Assembly: GCA_963555815.3 (NCBI GenBank) | Contig: CAUVWX020000001.1 | Coordinates: 672,001 to 736,000, forward strand | DNA length: 64,000 nt | Direction: 5' to 3' | Origin: a bacterium | GTDB lineage: Bacteria; UBA8248; JACPRG01; G963555815 | Part shown: piece by piece, positions 21,906-32,974 of the stretch | Position numbering within the stretch: the first letter of the stretch is position 1 | Layout: the number at the start of each line of letters is the position of its first letter | Made by a program: the position numbers and the translations under genes | Notes under the pieces: generated by a model | What the model saw: only the letters and a program-made list of their open reading frames with translations | Told to the model about the DNA's origin: nothing | Databases searched by the model: none

Positions 21906-22493
21906 TCATTTCGCCTTTTTCAACCGGGCAGTTATTTCATTTACGTCCCGTTTCATTTTCAGCCAGACGCTCAAGACCCCTTTGTAGGTCCGTCCCAATT
22001 CCTTTGCGACCGCATCGCAAGCCGAATGCCCCACGGAGGCGTCGTTGCGCGTCGCCGTCATCCCACGGCTGACCAGTTCGATGATCGCCTCCCAAATGAG
22101 CAGGTTTCGATGGTAGAGGCCTGATTTACTTGGACCCGTTTTCCGCTTCGGCGGCTCTATGTTGTCAGTCAGCACGTCGGCAATGAAAAGGCGCAAACCG
22201 TCCGCGAGCGGCACGTTGTTGCGCAGAAGGCACCCCGCGAAGACACACAGGGCATCCCACCACTCGCGATCCTGGTGGGCGAGTTTGATGTATTCCGCCA
22301 ACAGGCTGGGCAATAGGTCCGGTTTGCCCAAAGCCACAATAGCCAATTCCGAGCGCACCGGCCCGGCCGAAGTCACCGGTCCATCCCAGAGTGCCTCCCC
22401 GGACGGGTGGCCCGTCACAACCATGTGATCAGCTAAAGAGAGGTAAGCGCGAGCGATTTTCCTCGCGTCCTCGAACGTTATCGGCTCCGTCAT
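21906..22493 (-). CDS. Hypothetical protein
   Basis: 195-aa ORF with ATRN...SACDAVA motif; no function recognised. Confidence 0.55.
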   Translation of the reverse strand: MTEPITFEDARKIARAYLSLADHMVVTGHPSGEALWDGPVTSAGPVRSELAIVALGKPDLLPSLLAEYIKLAHQDREWWDALCVFAGCLLRNNVPLADGLRLFIADVLTDNIEPPKRKTGPSKSGLYHRNLLIWEAIIELVSRGMTATRNDASVGHSACDAVAKELGRTYKGVLSVWLKMKRDVNEITARLKKAK

Positions 22494-22518
22494 GGTCCCA
22501 CCATCGCGATACGGTGCA

Positions 22519-22792
22519 GCCTAGCAAAGCCTACAGACAATCCTTTCATCGAAGCCTTCAACAGTCACTTCCGAGCCGAGTGTCTCAATCAACACTGGTT
22601 CCCAGACCTGAAGGACGCCACAATGAAGATCAACGATTGGCGGCAGGACTACAATCAGATCCGACCCCATGGAGCCATCGGCAATCGGGTGCCAATGGAC
22701 CTCCTGAAACCGACCGATCCGCCAGGGCGAATCGGTCCAAAATAACCGGATCTCTGACCTCTCAAGTGGCCCAAGTCTCGGGTAGCAGACCA
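22519..22792 (+). mobile_element. IS3-family remnant (transposase C-terminus and right end)
   Basis: Translation FIEAFNSHFRAECLNQHWF...WRQDYNQIRPHGAIG with a frameshift; end ...GGGTAGCAGACCA. Confidence 0.7.
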
Positions 22793-22986
22793 TCAACGGG
22801 CAATACTCACCTTGGGGGTGGATCTATTTTTGGGAGGAGATTAGTTGTTCTTGGTGTCGGACTCCTCCGCGACCCCGTCCACGCACGCTCCGTAGCAGTA
22901 ATTTCAGGGGTCCATGGGGCCGTCCGAATTGGAGTGGGTAGTCGTTATTCGATCCGTAGGGCATTGTCACGTTAATCGTGTTGGGC

Positions 22987-24099
22987 GGCATTGGTGCATG
23001 AATCGGCGTAAGCGGGCACGCTAGCATCGGCGGAGGGATCCGGTCCATTATGGAGATCAAGGGGGCAACGTCATGGCCGCAGGGAAGTCGAGCCGAATCA
23101 ACCGCCAGTACAAGGCGAAGTACAGAATCCGGAACTGGAGGGAGTACGAGCGTGGCCTCAGGAGCCGCGGGGACGTCACGATCTGGCTGAGCGAGGATGC
23201 GATTGCCGCGTGGATACCACCGAAGAACGGTCTCCGCGGAGGGCAGCGTCGATACTCGAACCTCGCGATCCGGACCGCGTTGACGCTGCGGGTCGTCTTC
23301 GGCCTACCGCTTCGCCAGACGGAGGGGTTCCTGGACTCGCTGCTCAGCTTGATGGAGCCGCGACCTCAAGGCCCCGGACCACACCACCCTCTCGCGCCGG
23401 AACCAAATTGTTGTGGTGCCGCCCCTGACCCGAGCCCACGACGGCCCGATCGACCTGATCGTTGATTCCACAGGGCTGAAGATTCTGGGTCGCGGCGAAT
23501 GGAACGCGCACAAGTACAAGGCATTAAAGAAACGCCGGGATTGGCGGAAGCTGCACATCGGGGTGGATGCGGAGGGGTTCATTGTGGCGGCCGAGCTCAC
23601 AGCGAGCAGCCGGGACGACGCCTCCACACTCCCTGATCTTCTCGCCCCGCTCGAGGTTCCCATCCGGCGTTTCACGGCGGACGGGGCCTCCGACCACAGA
23701 TCGGTCTACGATCGGGCCAGCGCGGCCGGTACAGAGAACGTCGTGATTGTGATCCCCCCTCGTCGCTCTGCGCTGTCGGCGGTGCCCACCGACGGCCCCT
23801 GGGCGCAGCGTGACACGGCTCTTGAGAGGATTCGCAAGGTCGGGCGACGGGAGTGGCAGAAGGAGTCGGGCTACCGACAGCAGGCGCGCGTTGAGAACAG
23901 CTTCTTCCGATACAAGTCCATGTTCGGAGGCGACCTGAAGGCGAGGCACAGCAAGGCGCAACGCAGAGAAGCCGCGATCGGGTGTCACATCCTCAACCGG
24001 ATGGCCGAGCGCGGTAGGCCATCGTCGTACGCTCTTGGTAGGTGATGGACCTGTGAGTCGGGTTCGTTGCGGGCCAGTTCCGATTCATGCACCAACGCC
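22987..24099 (+). mobile_element. IS5-family (IS903-like) element with frameshifted transposase 23073-24045
   Basis: 20-bp IRs GGCATTGGTGCATGAATCGG / CCGATTCATGCACCAACGCC (1 mismatch); NWREYERGLRSRGD, DSTGLK, WRKLH; frameshift near 23360; no target duplication seen. Confidence 0.88.
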
Positions 24100-24126
24100 A
24101 GAGTAGTCCGATAAAGGCGCTCATCT

Positions 24127-26724
24127 TCATATCTCAAACACCTTCAGCACCTCGTCGCCATAGTGGTTGATGACCTTCACGGCGAACTTGCCCGTTTCAG
24201 GCTTGTCGAACGGCCGGCTCACCGTCTTGTACAGACTGCTCCAGGCTACTTCGTCGATCTCCGCCTGTAGCGCTTGTTTGAGCTTGTCATATGGTGCTTC
24301 GGCCCCTGTGAAGTAGGCGTGGTGCACGAAGAAGCTCTCGCCGTTGTAATTGGTATCTATGAACCAGCAGGCGATGTCGTCGGTGGAGGCGCTACGAATC
24401 TGCCCGGTGGTCGGGTCGTAGACATCGACGCCCTTGATCGTGGCGACGAGCTGGCCGTTCTTCTGCTTCTTGATGTCCATATCTGGCTCGCCGAAGACCA
24501 TGAAGAGGTTGCCGGCACCTGTCTTTTTGAGCAGTTCGTCGCCCATCGCCAGGTCGGGGTTCATCTTGGTGGGTAGGACGGTCAGCTTGCCGTAGCGCTT
24601 CACCTCTTCGGCGACGTGCGGGTCGAAGGCGAAGCCACAAACGATCAACATGTCAAAGTCTATGCCCTGCACCGCTTCCTTGGCAGCTTCCTTCACCTGC
24701 TGCGGGCTGACAGTGCCGTGTTCAGGGCCGATAGAGACAGCAACGCGCCGAGTCTTGCCGACAGCGTCGGTGCATTCACCCGTCGCGTGCAGCCATGTGC
24801 CGGCGTAGGGGTCAAGGCGGTCGAAGGCGAGGCGTTCGTCTTTGCGGGTGTTCTGCACGCCCGCCTTCTTGAGATTGTCCAAGACCATCGTCGCGAAGTC
24901 CTGCTGCTTGCGGGCTTCCTGTTCAGTGACAGTGCCGTTGTGATGTTCGTCGGCGGTAGAGAGCACTCGATGCGGCGAAAGGCTCTCCACCGAGAACGGC
25001 CCGCACACCCGCACGCGCTTGTTATCCTCGTAGGTCTGGTCGTAGAGCATTGCCGTCTCGGCCTGGCGGGCGACGACGACGCCGATCTGCTCGCGCGTCA
25101 TGCCTTCCTTGATATCCGGGTTGTTAGCGATGGATCCGAGCGTCAAGTGCGGAACACGCTTATATACAAAGCCCTTGCGTATGTCACCTCCGGTCTTGTA
25201 TTCGGGCGGTATCTTGCCGGTCAGTCTGGCTTCCTTCTTAATACCTTCGGGTGAGTCGGCCAGCAAGTAGTACGGGTACCTCGCGGCCATCATACGGGTA
25301 CGCGCCAGCGCTAGGGCGATGCGGCTGGTGTCACAGGTGATCCAGCGCCGCCCCCGCTGCTCGGCGACGTAGGCGGTCGTGCCACTGCCGCAGGTCGGGT
25401 CGAGCACCAAGTCGCCGGGGTCGGTGGTCATCAGTAGGCAGCGCTCGACGACTTTCGTACTGGTTTGGACGACATACTCCTTATCAGTGGCCCCCTGCGT
25501 GTCCATCCACATATGGCTAATTTCTTGGACCGGATAATCATCAAAGTACAGTTTGTAGCGGAGGGAATTGCCTGTAAAGAATAGCCGGTTAGCTATGAGC
25601 AGTTTTTGCATTCCTTCGAGATTCGTCTTCCAACTTTTGCCGCCAGATGGAAAGAACTTCTGGCCAGCGAACTCGAATTCGAAGACGCACGATTCTGTAC
25701 GTCCTGACGAAGTGAGGTTCATTGATTGGAAGAGTCTTCCACCTGGAGGGACAGTGCCATCGTCACCTAATTTGGCACGGGATAGACACTTGCCCGAAGG
25801 CAGTTCAACATATCCATAGTCTCCGGCGTTCGAATCGTTACGGCTCGTAAATAACCTTTTGAATTTTGTCTGCTTGGAGTCCTTCCCGTACCACATGAGG
25901 TAATCGCACATCGTAAAAATATACGTCTCGCCGAGCGGCATCTTTTTTCTGAAAGCGATATTGGCAATGAAGTTCTCACTCCCAAATACTTCATCCAGCA
26001 CGCAGCGCACTAGATGCACGTTCTCATCACCAATTTGCACGAAGACGCTGCCGGTCTCTGTGAGAAGGCTCCGAGCCACCACCAACCGGTCACGCAGGTA
26101 CGCCAGGTAAGAGTGAATGCCCAGCCTCCAAGTATCACGGAACGCGCGTACCTGTTCAGGCTGGCGCGTAGCGTCCTCGGCCCTGTCCCTAACCTCGCGC
26201 TTGCGGGTGCTCACCTGCCAGTTGGAGCCGAACTTGATGCCATAGGGCGGATCGAGGTAAATGGTCTGCACCTTGCCCTTGAGGCCTTCCTTCTCGGCCA
26301 GAGAGGTCATCACCAACAGCGAATCGCCCAGGATGAGTCGGTTGGACCAGTTCTGCTTGTGGTGGTAAAAGTCGATCTTCTGCGCGAAGTCAGCCGGGCC
26401 GCCGTTGAAGTCGGCGAAGAGGCTCGTCTGGTCACCGCCGGGCTGCTCAGTGCGAGGCAACGCGTCAATGATAGCCTGCGGGTGAATCTTTTCCTGGATG
26501 TAGATCGGCACCACGGGGACGGCGAGATCTTCCCGGTCCTGTTCGTCCTTTCCCTTCCAGACCAGTTGTGGGTCGAGGGAAGAATCGCGCGGGTAGAGCA
26601 TTGTTTTTGGGGCAAGTTCTTCGTCGGCAACGAAGTCGCGCAGTTCCTCTGTGGGAATATTGGCGCGCTTATCTTTGTGCCGGATGGATTCGACTATCTT
26701 GCGAGTGTTCTTTTTCTTAGCCAT
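24127..26724 (-). CDS. mod: Type III restriction-modification methyltransferase (Mod)
   Basis: IYLDPPYGIKF, DPTCGSGTT; overlaps res stop. Confidence 0.9.
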   Translation of the reverse strand: MAKKKNTRKIVESIRHKDKRANIPTEELRDFVADEELAPKTMLYPRDSSLDPQLVWKGKDEQDREDLAVPVVPIYIQEKIHPQAIIDALPRTEQPGGDQTSLFADFNGGPADFAQKIDFYHHKQNWSNRLILGDSLLVMTSLAEKEGLKGKVQTIYLDPPYGIKFGSNWQVSTRKREVRDRAEDATRQPEQVRAFRDTWRLGIHSYLAYLRDRLVVARSLLTETGSVFVQIGDENVHLVRCVLDEVFGSENFIANIAFRKKMPLGETYIFTMCDYLMWYGKDSKQTKFKRLFTSRNDSNAGDYGYVELPSGKCLSRAKLGDDGTVPPGGRLFQSMNLTSSGRTESCVFEFEFAGQKFFPSGGKSWKTNLEGMQKLLIANRLFFTGNSLRYKLYFDDYPVQEISHMWMDTQGATDKEYVVQTSTKVVERCLLMTTDPGDLVLDPTCGSGTTAYVAEQRGRRWITCDTSRIALALARTRMMAARYPYYLLADSPEGIKKEARLTGKIPPEYKTGGDIRKGFVYKRVPHLTLGSIANNPDIKEGMTREQIGVVVARQAETAMLYDQTYEDNKRVRVCGPFSVESLSPHRVLSTADEHHNGTVTEQEARKQQDFATMVLDNLKKAGVQNTRKDERLAFDRLDPYAGTWLHATGECTDAVGKTRRVAVSIGPEHGTVSPQQVKEAAKEAVQGIDFDMLIVCGFAFDPHVAEEVKRYGKLTVLPTKMNPDLAMGDELLKKTGAGNLFMVFGEPDMDIKKQKNGQLVATIKGVDVYDPTTGQIRSASTDDIACWFIDTNYNGESFFVHHAYFTGAEAPYDKLKQALQAEIDEVAWSSLYKTVSRPFDKPETGKFAVKVINHYGDEVLKVFEI

Positions 26725-29722
26725 GCACGACTTCCTTTGTTGGCTCTATGTGCAGCTGTTTCAGAAAGCCGCGGATTAGATTCTGTGCGTCCCAAGGATC
26801 AGCGACTTCGAGAAATGCCCAGCGCCCGAACCCGCCATGATTGTTGATAGCCGACACCCACAACGAGCGCGCCGTGGCGACCTTGGCGGCCTTGTCTTTC
26901 TTCTTCTCTCCGGTCACTTCGACGATCAGGTTCAAGAGGTCATCCGGGCCGCGACCGTCTTCAATGCAGGCGACGAAGTCGGGGATGTAGTTCTTCTCCT
27001 CGCCGTTTAGCGTGTAGGGGATGGTGAAGCCGAGGTTGTGATTTTTGACGTAGTGGATGACCTCGGGCATGTTTTCCAGGGCTTCGGCCATTTTCTGCTC
27101 CCACGAGTCGGTATCGGCGACGACGTGGGAGATGTGGCACTTGTCGGCGCGGGTTGCAAAGACGGGCCGGGTAGTGTCGAAGTCAACATAACGGGTGGAG
27201 CCGATGGTGTCATACGGTCGCAGGATGGGCTGGAACGCTGCCGTGCCGTCCGTCGAGGCGACGATAGCCTTGTAAATACGGTCTGCGGCGTGGTGCGCTA
27301 ATTCGGTCAGCAGCAGCAGTTGCGGGAAGCTGTTGTCCTTGAGCGTGACGCATTCGTTGAGCCAGCATTTGGCAATGCCGAGCAGTTGCGGGAAGAACCA
27401 TGGCTTGTCGTTGCCGTTGTCGTCGCGGAAGTATTTTTCCAGCGTGAGCTTGGCCAGCAGGAAGGCCACTTCGTTGGCCCGGCGGCGCTTGAGATCGTCG
27501 AGGGTGTGGATGCTGGACTCGCCGACGATGGGCGCGTTCTCGGTCTGGGTGGGGATGTCGGCAGTGGAAAGCGTGAGATTGGATTCGTCGGTGAAGGTCG
27601 CGGTGAGGCGTTCACCTGCCACGTCGTAGCGGTAGCCGAGCAGCCGGGGAAAGGTGATCTCGCAGTCGATGCGGCTTTCCAGGGCGCGGACGCGAGTGGG
27701 CAGCGGTCCGGTCTTGGGGTTTGTGGTTGCGCCGCTGCAGGGGATGAAAGAAAACGGCACACCATAAACTTCGGCGTATTCGGGGCTGAAACGCCCCTTT
27801 GCGTCAGCGGCATAACTCATGCGCCGCAGGGCGCGCCCGACCACCTGCTCGCATAGCAATTGCGTTCCGAAGGCGCGTACGCCAAGAACATGGGTGACGG
27901 TGTTGGCATCCCAGCCCTCGGTGAGCATGGAGACGCTGACCACGCACTTCACTTGCTCGCCGAGTTTGCCGGCCTTGCCCACGGTGTTCATGACCTCACG
28001 AAGAAGGTCTTTGTCGGTCAGATTCTCCGCATCGCGGCCGGGGAAGCGTGCTCGGTATTCAGCCTTGAATTCTTCGATTTCTCGGGCGGCGACCTTCTTG
28101 AATTCGTTGCTCATTGATTCGCCGGATTCGAGTTGTTGGCTGTCCACCCGGACGCTGCTCGGGCGTTGTAGCCAGCCACCTTTGCCGTCGTCGTTGCAGA
28201 AGATGGGCAGTTGCCCGGCCTGGACGATAGTTTCTTCGCCGATCTGCTTTTCCCATCCGGCAACAAAGTCGAAGACCAACTTGGAGACGTTGGTGTCGTT
28301 GCAGACGACGATGAACACCGGCGGCGTGATACCGCGTGCTCGGGCTTCGGTATTTTTCTCCCACAGGCGGTAATACTTCTCGTAGTTGCCGTAGAGACTG
28401 AGTAGCGCACCTTGCAGTTCGATGGGGAGATTCGGTTCGCCCCCCAACTTATCGGTTTTGTGGCCCTTTTTGGGTAGATGCTCGCGGATGCGGAGCCACA
28501 GGTCGCGGTAGGTGGGCTGCGCACCTGTCATCGAGTCATCAGCCACCGGCACGCGCGGCACTTTGACGACACCGGCCTCGATGGCGTCAATTAGCGAAAA
28601 ATCCGAGACCACCCACGGGAAAAGTGTGCCTTCGGAATAGCCCGAACCACGCAGAAAAAACGGCGTGGCCGAAAGATCGTAAATGGCCTTCACTCCGATC
28701 TTGGTCTTCACGGCCTCTAGGCCGGAAATCCAGACGCGAGCCTCTTGGTCGCGTTGCTTGGCTTCAACGCGATCATCGCCGGTGAGTTTTTCATCCTCGG
28801 CGTCGGGTTTGCGGCGGTAGCAATGATGGGCCTCGTCGTTAAAGACGATGATGTTCTTTTTGGTTCTCAACTCGCGGCAGACGCGGCGCACCATCTGGTC
28901 GGGAGTCTCGGTGAACGGACTTGACGGCCCATCGGCGAGAATCGACTTCGTGATCTTTCCGGCGGCAACTCTCTCGCGCAGTTGGAAGGTGTGGTAGTTG
29001 GTGATGATGATTTTGGCTTGTCCGAGCTGGTCCTGCAGTTGGGCCGGGACAATGTCACGCTGGCGGTAGTAATTGTCTGGGTCGTTCGGCAACAGCACGC
29101 GTAGCCGGTCGCGGATGGTGATGCCGGGCGTGACGATCAGGAAGGTGTCGGAAAAGCGGGCGTCCTGCGGGTTGGTGCGCTTGTTGAGAGTGTGCCAAGC
29201 GATGAGCATGGCCATGACGACGGTTTTGCCTGAGCCGGTTGCCATCTTGAACGCCGTACGCGGCAGTCCGGGGTTCGATGTATCGTTCGCCTCGCGTATC
29301 GCGTTCTCTATCCATGCATCCCCGTACTTCTTTGCCACCTCGGCAATGTAGATAGCGGTTTCAAGGGCTTCGGTCTGGCAGAAGAATAGTTTCTTCTCGC
29401 GGTTGGGGTCGGTCCAATAGGCAATCAACCCTCCGGTAGTCGCCGTCACGCCAACGTAGCCGCCCTTGCGCCATAATGCGACGCGGCGACGGATATCGTT
29501 GACGAGCTTGTTTTCTTCGATGCGATCCTGCGTCCATTCCGTGTCGAACTGAAGGTGTTTGGACCCCTTTTTCTTTGGCCTCGCTATGGGTACGAAGTAC
29601 GAACTGGTCCGGCGGCCGTCGGCGATCTCGTCGGTGATGCCCTCGTCGCTAAACCTGAAATGGCGGGTCGGCTCGTCGAAAGGCGAGTTGATGATCGGGT
29701 TCTCGATGACAACTTGGCTCAT
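26717..29722 (-). CDS. res: Type III restriction endonuclease/helicase (Res)
   Basis: MATGSGKT, DEAHH, LSATP, LTEGWD, QVVGRALRR, C-terminal YIPDF...EVTG nuclease. Confidence 0.9.
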   Translation of the reverse strand: MSQVVIENPIINSPFDEPTRHFRFSDEGITDEIADGRRTSSYFVPIARPKKKGSKHLQFDTEWTQDRIEENKLVNDIRRRVALWRKGGYVGVTATTGGLIAYWTDPNREKKLFFCQTEALETAIYIAEVAKKYGDAWIENAIREANDTSNPGLPRTAFKMATGSGKTVVMAMLIAWHTLNKRTNPQDARFSDTFLIVTPGITIRDRLRVLLPNDPDNYYRQRDIVPAQLQDQLGQAKIIITNYHTFQLRERVAAGKITKSILADGPSSPFTETPDQMVRRVCRELRTKKNIIVFNDEAHHCYRRKPDAEDEKLTGDDRVEAKQRDQEARVWISGLEAVKTKIGVKAIYDLSATPFFLRGSGYSEGTLFPWVVSDFSLIDAIEAGVVKVPRVPVADDSMTGAQPTYRDLWLRIREHLPKKGHKTDKLGGEPNLPIELQGALLSLYGNYEKYYRLWEKNTEARARGITPPVFIVVCNDTNVSKLVFDFVAGWEKQIGEETIVQAGQLPIFCNDDGKGGWLQRPSSVRVDSQQLESGESMSNEFKKVAAREIEEFKAEYRARFPGRDAENLTDKDLLREVMNTVGKAGKLGEQVKCVVSVSMLTEGWDANTVTHVLGVRAFGTQLLCEQVVGRALRRMSYAADAKGRFSPEYAEVYGVPFSFIPCSGATTNPKTGPLPTRVRALESRIDCEITFPRLLGYRYDVAGERLTATFTDESNLTLSTADIPTQTENAPIVGESSIHTLDDLKRRRANEVAFLLAKLTLEKYFRDDNGNDKPWFFPQLLGIAKCWLNECVTLKDNSFPQLLLLTELAHHAADRIYKAIVASTDGTAAFQPILRPYDTIGSTRYVDFDTTRPVFATRADKCHISHVVADTDSWEQKMAEALENMPEVIHYVKNHNLGFTIPYTLNGEEKNYIPDFVACIEDGRGPDDLLNLIVEVTGEKKKDKAAKVATARSLWVSAINNHGGFGRWAFLEVADPWDAQNLIRGFLKQLHIEPTKEVVHG

Positions 29723-29873
29723 TTCGGCATGCCCGCGAAGTGTGTAAGCTCTTGCACGGTGTCGAGTCCGTCAATCCAATGAGGTTGGGGAATTGTGCAA
29801 GACAATGCCCCCATGCTTCGCGAGCATCGTCTCGATGAGCTTGCCAGACTATCTCTCGGCTCGGTCGTTCCGC

Positions 29874-30296
29874 TCATGCGCCGTTCCATGGGTCGAATAT
29901 TTCGATCCCCATGTCGTCAAAGTCACGAATGTTGCGCGTTGCCAAGGCCATACCGCGCGCCCGAGCAATCGTCGCGATCTGGCAATCGGCTTGCGCGATC
30001 GGCCGGCCCCGTCGACGCCGTGCGGCGGCGATCCCGGCATAGGCGCGCGCCGCGCCACTGTCGAACGGCAGGATACGATTCGCAAAGCCCGTTTCCAGCA
30101 TCCGATCGAGGCCCGCCGCAAGGCCGTCCCGGCGCTTGCCCGGCGGCATGACCGCAAGACCGAAGCGCAACTCGGCCTCGGTCACCGCCGTCAGAAACAG
30201 GCTCGATGTCGCACGTTCTGCGACCCACGACGCAATCACGGGATCGGGCGCCGGGCGCATCAACTCGGACACGACATTGGTATCGAGAACAAACAT
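29874..30296 (-). CDS. vapC: PIN-domain toxin (VapC/FitB-like)
   Basis: LDTNVVSE, ADCQIA, LATRNIRDF. Confidence 0.9.
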   Translation of the reverse strand: MFVLDTNVVSELMRPAPDPVIASWVAERATSSLFLTAVTEAELRFGLAVMPPGKRRDGLAAGLDRMLETGFANRILPFDSGAARAYAGIAAARRRRGRPIAQADCQIATIARARGMALATRNIRDFDDMGIEIFDPWNGA

Positions 30297-30305
30297 CGGC
30301 GAGCC

Positions 30306-30548
30306 TCAACTGAAGTCGGGAGGCTCGCGCATCGGTTCGCGTGGCGGTAGTTCGAGGTCCACGCCACCCAATGGCGCAAAGCACTCTTGGATGAAACTAG
30401 CTAGGTTCTCAGGTTCGGCTTTCCGGCCGATCGCCTCGCGCAGGATGACCCGTGCCTCCTCTTCCATCGAACGACCGTTGGCGGATGCGCGAATCCGAAG
30501 TCGGGTCTTCACATCGTCGTCGAGGTGGCGGATCGTGATGCTCGCCAT
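30306..30548 (-). CDS. FitA-like ribbon-helix-helix antitoxin
   Basis: MASITIRHLDD...GRSMEEEARVIL; RBS GGAGGTG; upstream of PIN toxin. Confidence 0.88.
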   Translation of the reverse strand: MASITIRHLDDDVKTRLRIRASANGRSMEEEARVILREAIGRKAEPENLASFIQECFAPLGGVDLELPPREPMREPPDFS

Positions 30549-31089
30549 TGTTACACCTCCTTGTCTGTAACAAGCTTATACGACGATTGCGTTGCAATCA
30601 AGGCCGTCGCCTGTGCATCCAGGTAAAGAGCGCGTGGCTGACGTCCGAGCAGAAGTGGTCACACCAGGAGCTTGTTCCCGTAATCCGCTTAGGACCGGAA
30701 ACGATCGTGGAGTGTAAGAAGGTTGAGGCATGGCTAAAGACGTTTCGTGAATGGGACATGGCTCAGTCGGCACGGTCGCCATCCCGGACAGGGTAGCCAA
30801 CGGCGTGCTCGGTCGGCTCGGCAGCCTTCCTGCAGGGATTGATTCAGGGACGGGAGCGACCCTCCGGGAGGGTGGCATGGGCGTGCACATGACCACCCTC
30901 TGGAATGCCGACCCAGGCAGTCCAAATAGGGGGATCGCTCCCGTCCATCCTCATCGACAGACAGGCCCAACTCCTGGGCGGCCTTCCGCCGCTCGGCGTC
31001 TGCGGCCTCTTTTCCGTCCCGAACCCGCGCCGTCTCGCTGCGTCGAGCGACGGCGCTCTTCAGCTCCGCGTCGATGCGGATGCGCCGGA

Positions 31090-31206
31090 TGGAAGCTCCT
31101 TGGCGGCGGCGACACGCGTGCGCACCTCGGAGAGAGATGTCTCTGCGCCGTCGGAAAGCGCCTTAAGAACCGGGAGCATGAACGATTGAAAGTCAGGGAC
31201 GGGCAT
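31090..31206 (-). pseudogene. Mrr restriction protein N-terminal fragment
   Basis: MPVPDFQSFMLPVLKALSDG...; similarity lost after about 38 aa. Confidence 0.65.
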
Positions 31207-31747
31207 CTGTCTTCGCTCCTCTACGCCGCCGTTTGCCGGGGCTTCACGCGATCGGCGATCTGACGGCCCTCGTCGATCTCGGCCCTGCTCGTTCGCGTTG
31301 CGCCGTCCTCGCTGCCCGGCCGGTGCGCTGCGGTAGCAGTGGCTAACCGGTTCCCGCGTGACACCCCACACTCATGGGAATTGTATGGGAATTATATCGA
31401 AAAGTACCATTCCGCTCTTTGCCTGATTAACTATGCCATTGTTGAATTGACAACGCGGGGCGTCTGGCTCGCTCCTGAGAGTGCTTTCTAGGTTCCTGCT
31501 TCTTTGCCGATGGCGCAGACCTGAACGAATGGATGGTTCGCCGGGGTCACGCTCTGGCGTACCGCGAATACTCGACCCGCTACGTTGAAGCCGAGTAGCG
31601 CGGCCCGTCAGGAAAAGCTCGGCATGTGGGGGGGGTAAGTTTATCGAGCCGTGGACTAAAGATAACATTTCACATTTGCATTAGACAAGGACACCGGATC
31701 TGTTGTTGTTAGTCATCGCAAAAAATACTAGGCGGAGGGGACAGGCA

Positions 31748-32200
31748 ATGAACAGACTACCTCTTCTGTTCTCGTTCAAAGAGATGGTCTTTGGGGATGG
31801 TTTTCTGGCAGAAGTCGTTGCGAAGGGCCGAATGTTGGCAGAAAAAGAAAAGGGTGGCGTTTGGATCTACGGTGTTCAGCCCGGCGGTTTGTCCGCAGGG
31901 GGTAAAGACGAAAACCAAGCTTATATGGAATTCAAAAGCACGTTCATAGAAATTCTGTCTCATATGGCTAAGAAATCGACTTACGAGGAATTCAAGGAAG
32001 AGGCCCGCAAGTTTTTCCACGAAGTCTGTGACCCGACGTTGGAAGACTGGAAGGCATCAGTCATAGAGATTCGTAAAAAAACCACTAATCCGACAACCTT
32101 CAAATCGGAGAGCGCGGAATCGCCGAGAAGCATTAGAGTCAAGCGTATATGTTCCGTCAGCAAGAAGACAACGCATGAAGAGACGGTATTGGCGGCGTAG
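31748..32200 (+). CDS. HicB-like antitoxin / hypothetical
   Basis: VQPGGLSAGGKDENQAYMEF resembles the HicB RNase H-like core; coupled to the HicA-like ORF. Confidence 0.45.
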   Translation: MNRLPLLFSFKEMVFGDGFLAEVVAKGRMLAEKEKGGVWIYGVQPGGLSAGGKDENQAYMEFKSTFIEILSHMAKKSTYEEFKEEARKFFHEVCDPTLEDWKASVIEIRKKTTNPTTFKSESAESPRSIRVKRICSVSKKTTHEETVLAA

Positions 32201-32202
32201 AC

Positions 32203-32460
32203 ATGTCCTCTTTTGGCAGAGTCAAGTTGACAACAGTTTGGAAGATGCTACAAAAATGTGCTTCCGATTACGAGGCCATTGAGGGAGAGCACTACTACGA
32301 GATCAGATACAAAGGAAAAACCTTTCTCCGTTTGTCAACAAGTCCACACAAGAAGAATAAGAATCAGTCTGAAATTGAAATAGGCCATGTCAGACAGATG
32401 GTTCGACACCTTGATATTGATTCTGCCTGTGCAAAAAAAGAATTGCCTGCCCTTAGGTAA
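32203..32460 (+). CDS. HicA-like toxin / hypothetical
   Basis: 85 aa, basic, GEH..., PH..., GHVRQMVRHLDI pattern. Confidence 0.5.
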   Translation: MSSFGRVKLTTVWKMLQKCASDYEAIEGEHYYEIRYKGKTFLRLSTSPHKKNKNQSEIEIGHVRQMVRHLDIDSACAKKELPALR

Positions 32461-32533
32461 ACCGCCACTCTTAACCCCCTTCAAGCGCAAATCTCCTAAT
32501 TGTTTTAAGGGGATTACGAAATGTTGTTTTGGG

Positions 32534-32974
32534 TTATAATTCCCTAAAGGAAATATCAAGGTTCTTCCCAATGCTCTTTCGGCCCCAGCCACGCGCCCCG
32601 TGGACGTGCGGCCACGCTCGGCGCGAGATTTTGGCGCTATCGAGCCATGTGCCTGGAAGCTGTTCAAGTCCGCACCTCGTCATGGCGCGTTCAAACGCTA
32701 CGCGGTCGAATGCCGTATGGCTCACCAGTACCGAGCCACGCAAACGACGGCGTAACTCATCGCGCACTTCGGGCAGAGCGGGACTGCCCCTGGCGGTGGA
32801 TTCGTCGATCCCGTGAATCTCGATGTTCCATGGGTCGAACCAATTCTCGGGATCGGTCAGGGTCTTCCATTGGTCTCGGATTTCGCCGTCTCGGACATGG
32901 GCAACCCCAATTTGGCAGATGCTGGCGCGATCTGCGTTGGCGGTTTCCACGTCGATGAAATTGAACGTCAGCAT
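32534..32974 (-). pseudogene. DEDDh 3'-5' exonuclease (DnaQ-like), C-terminally truncated
   Basis: IDVETAN, ICQIG, HTAFD, WLDS; ExoIII HxAxxD motif missing. Confidence 0.7.
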
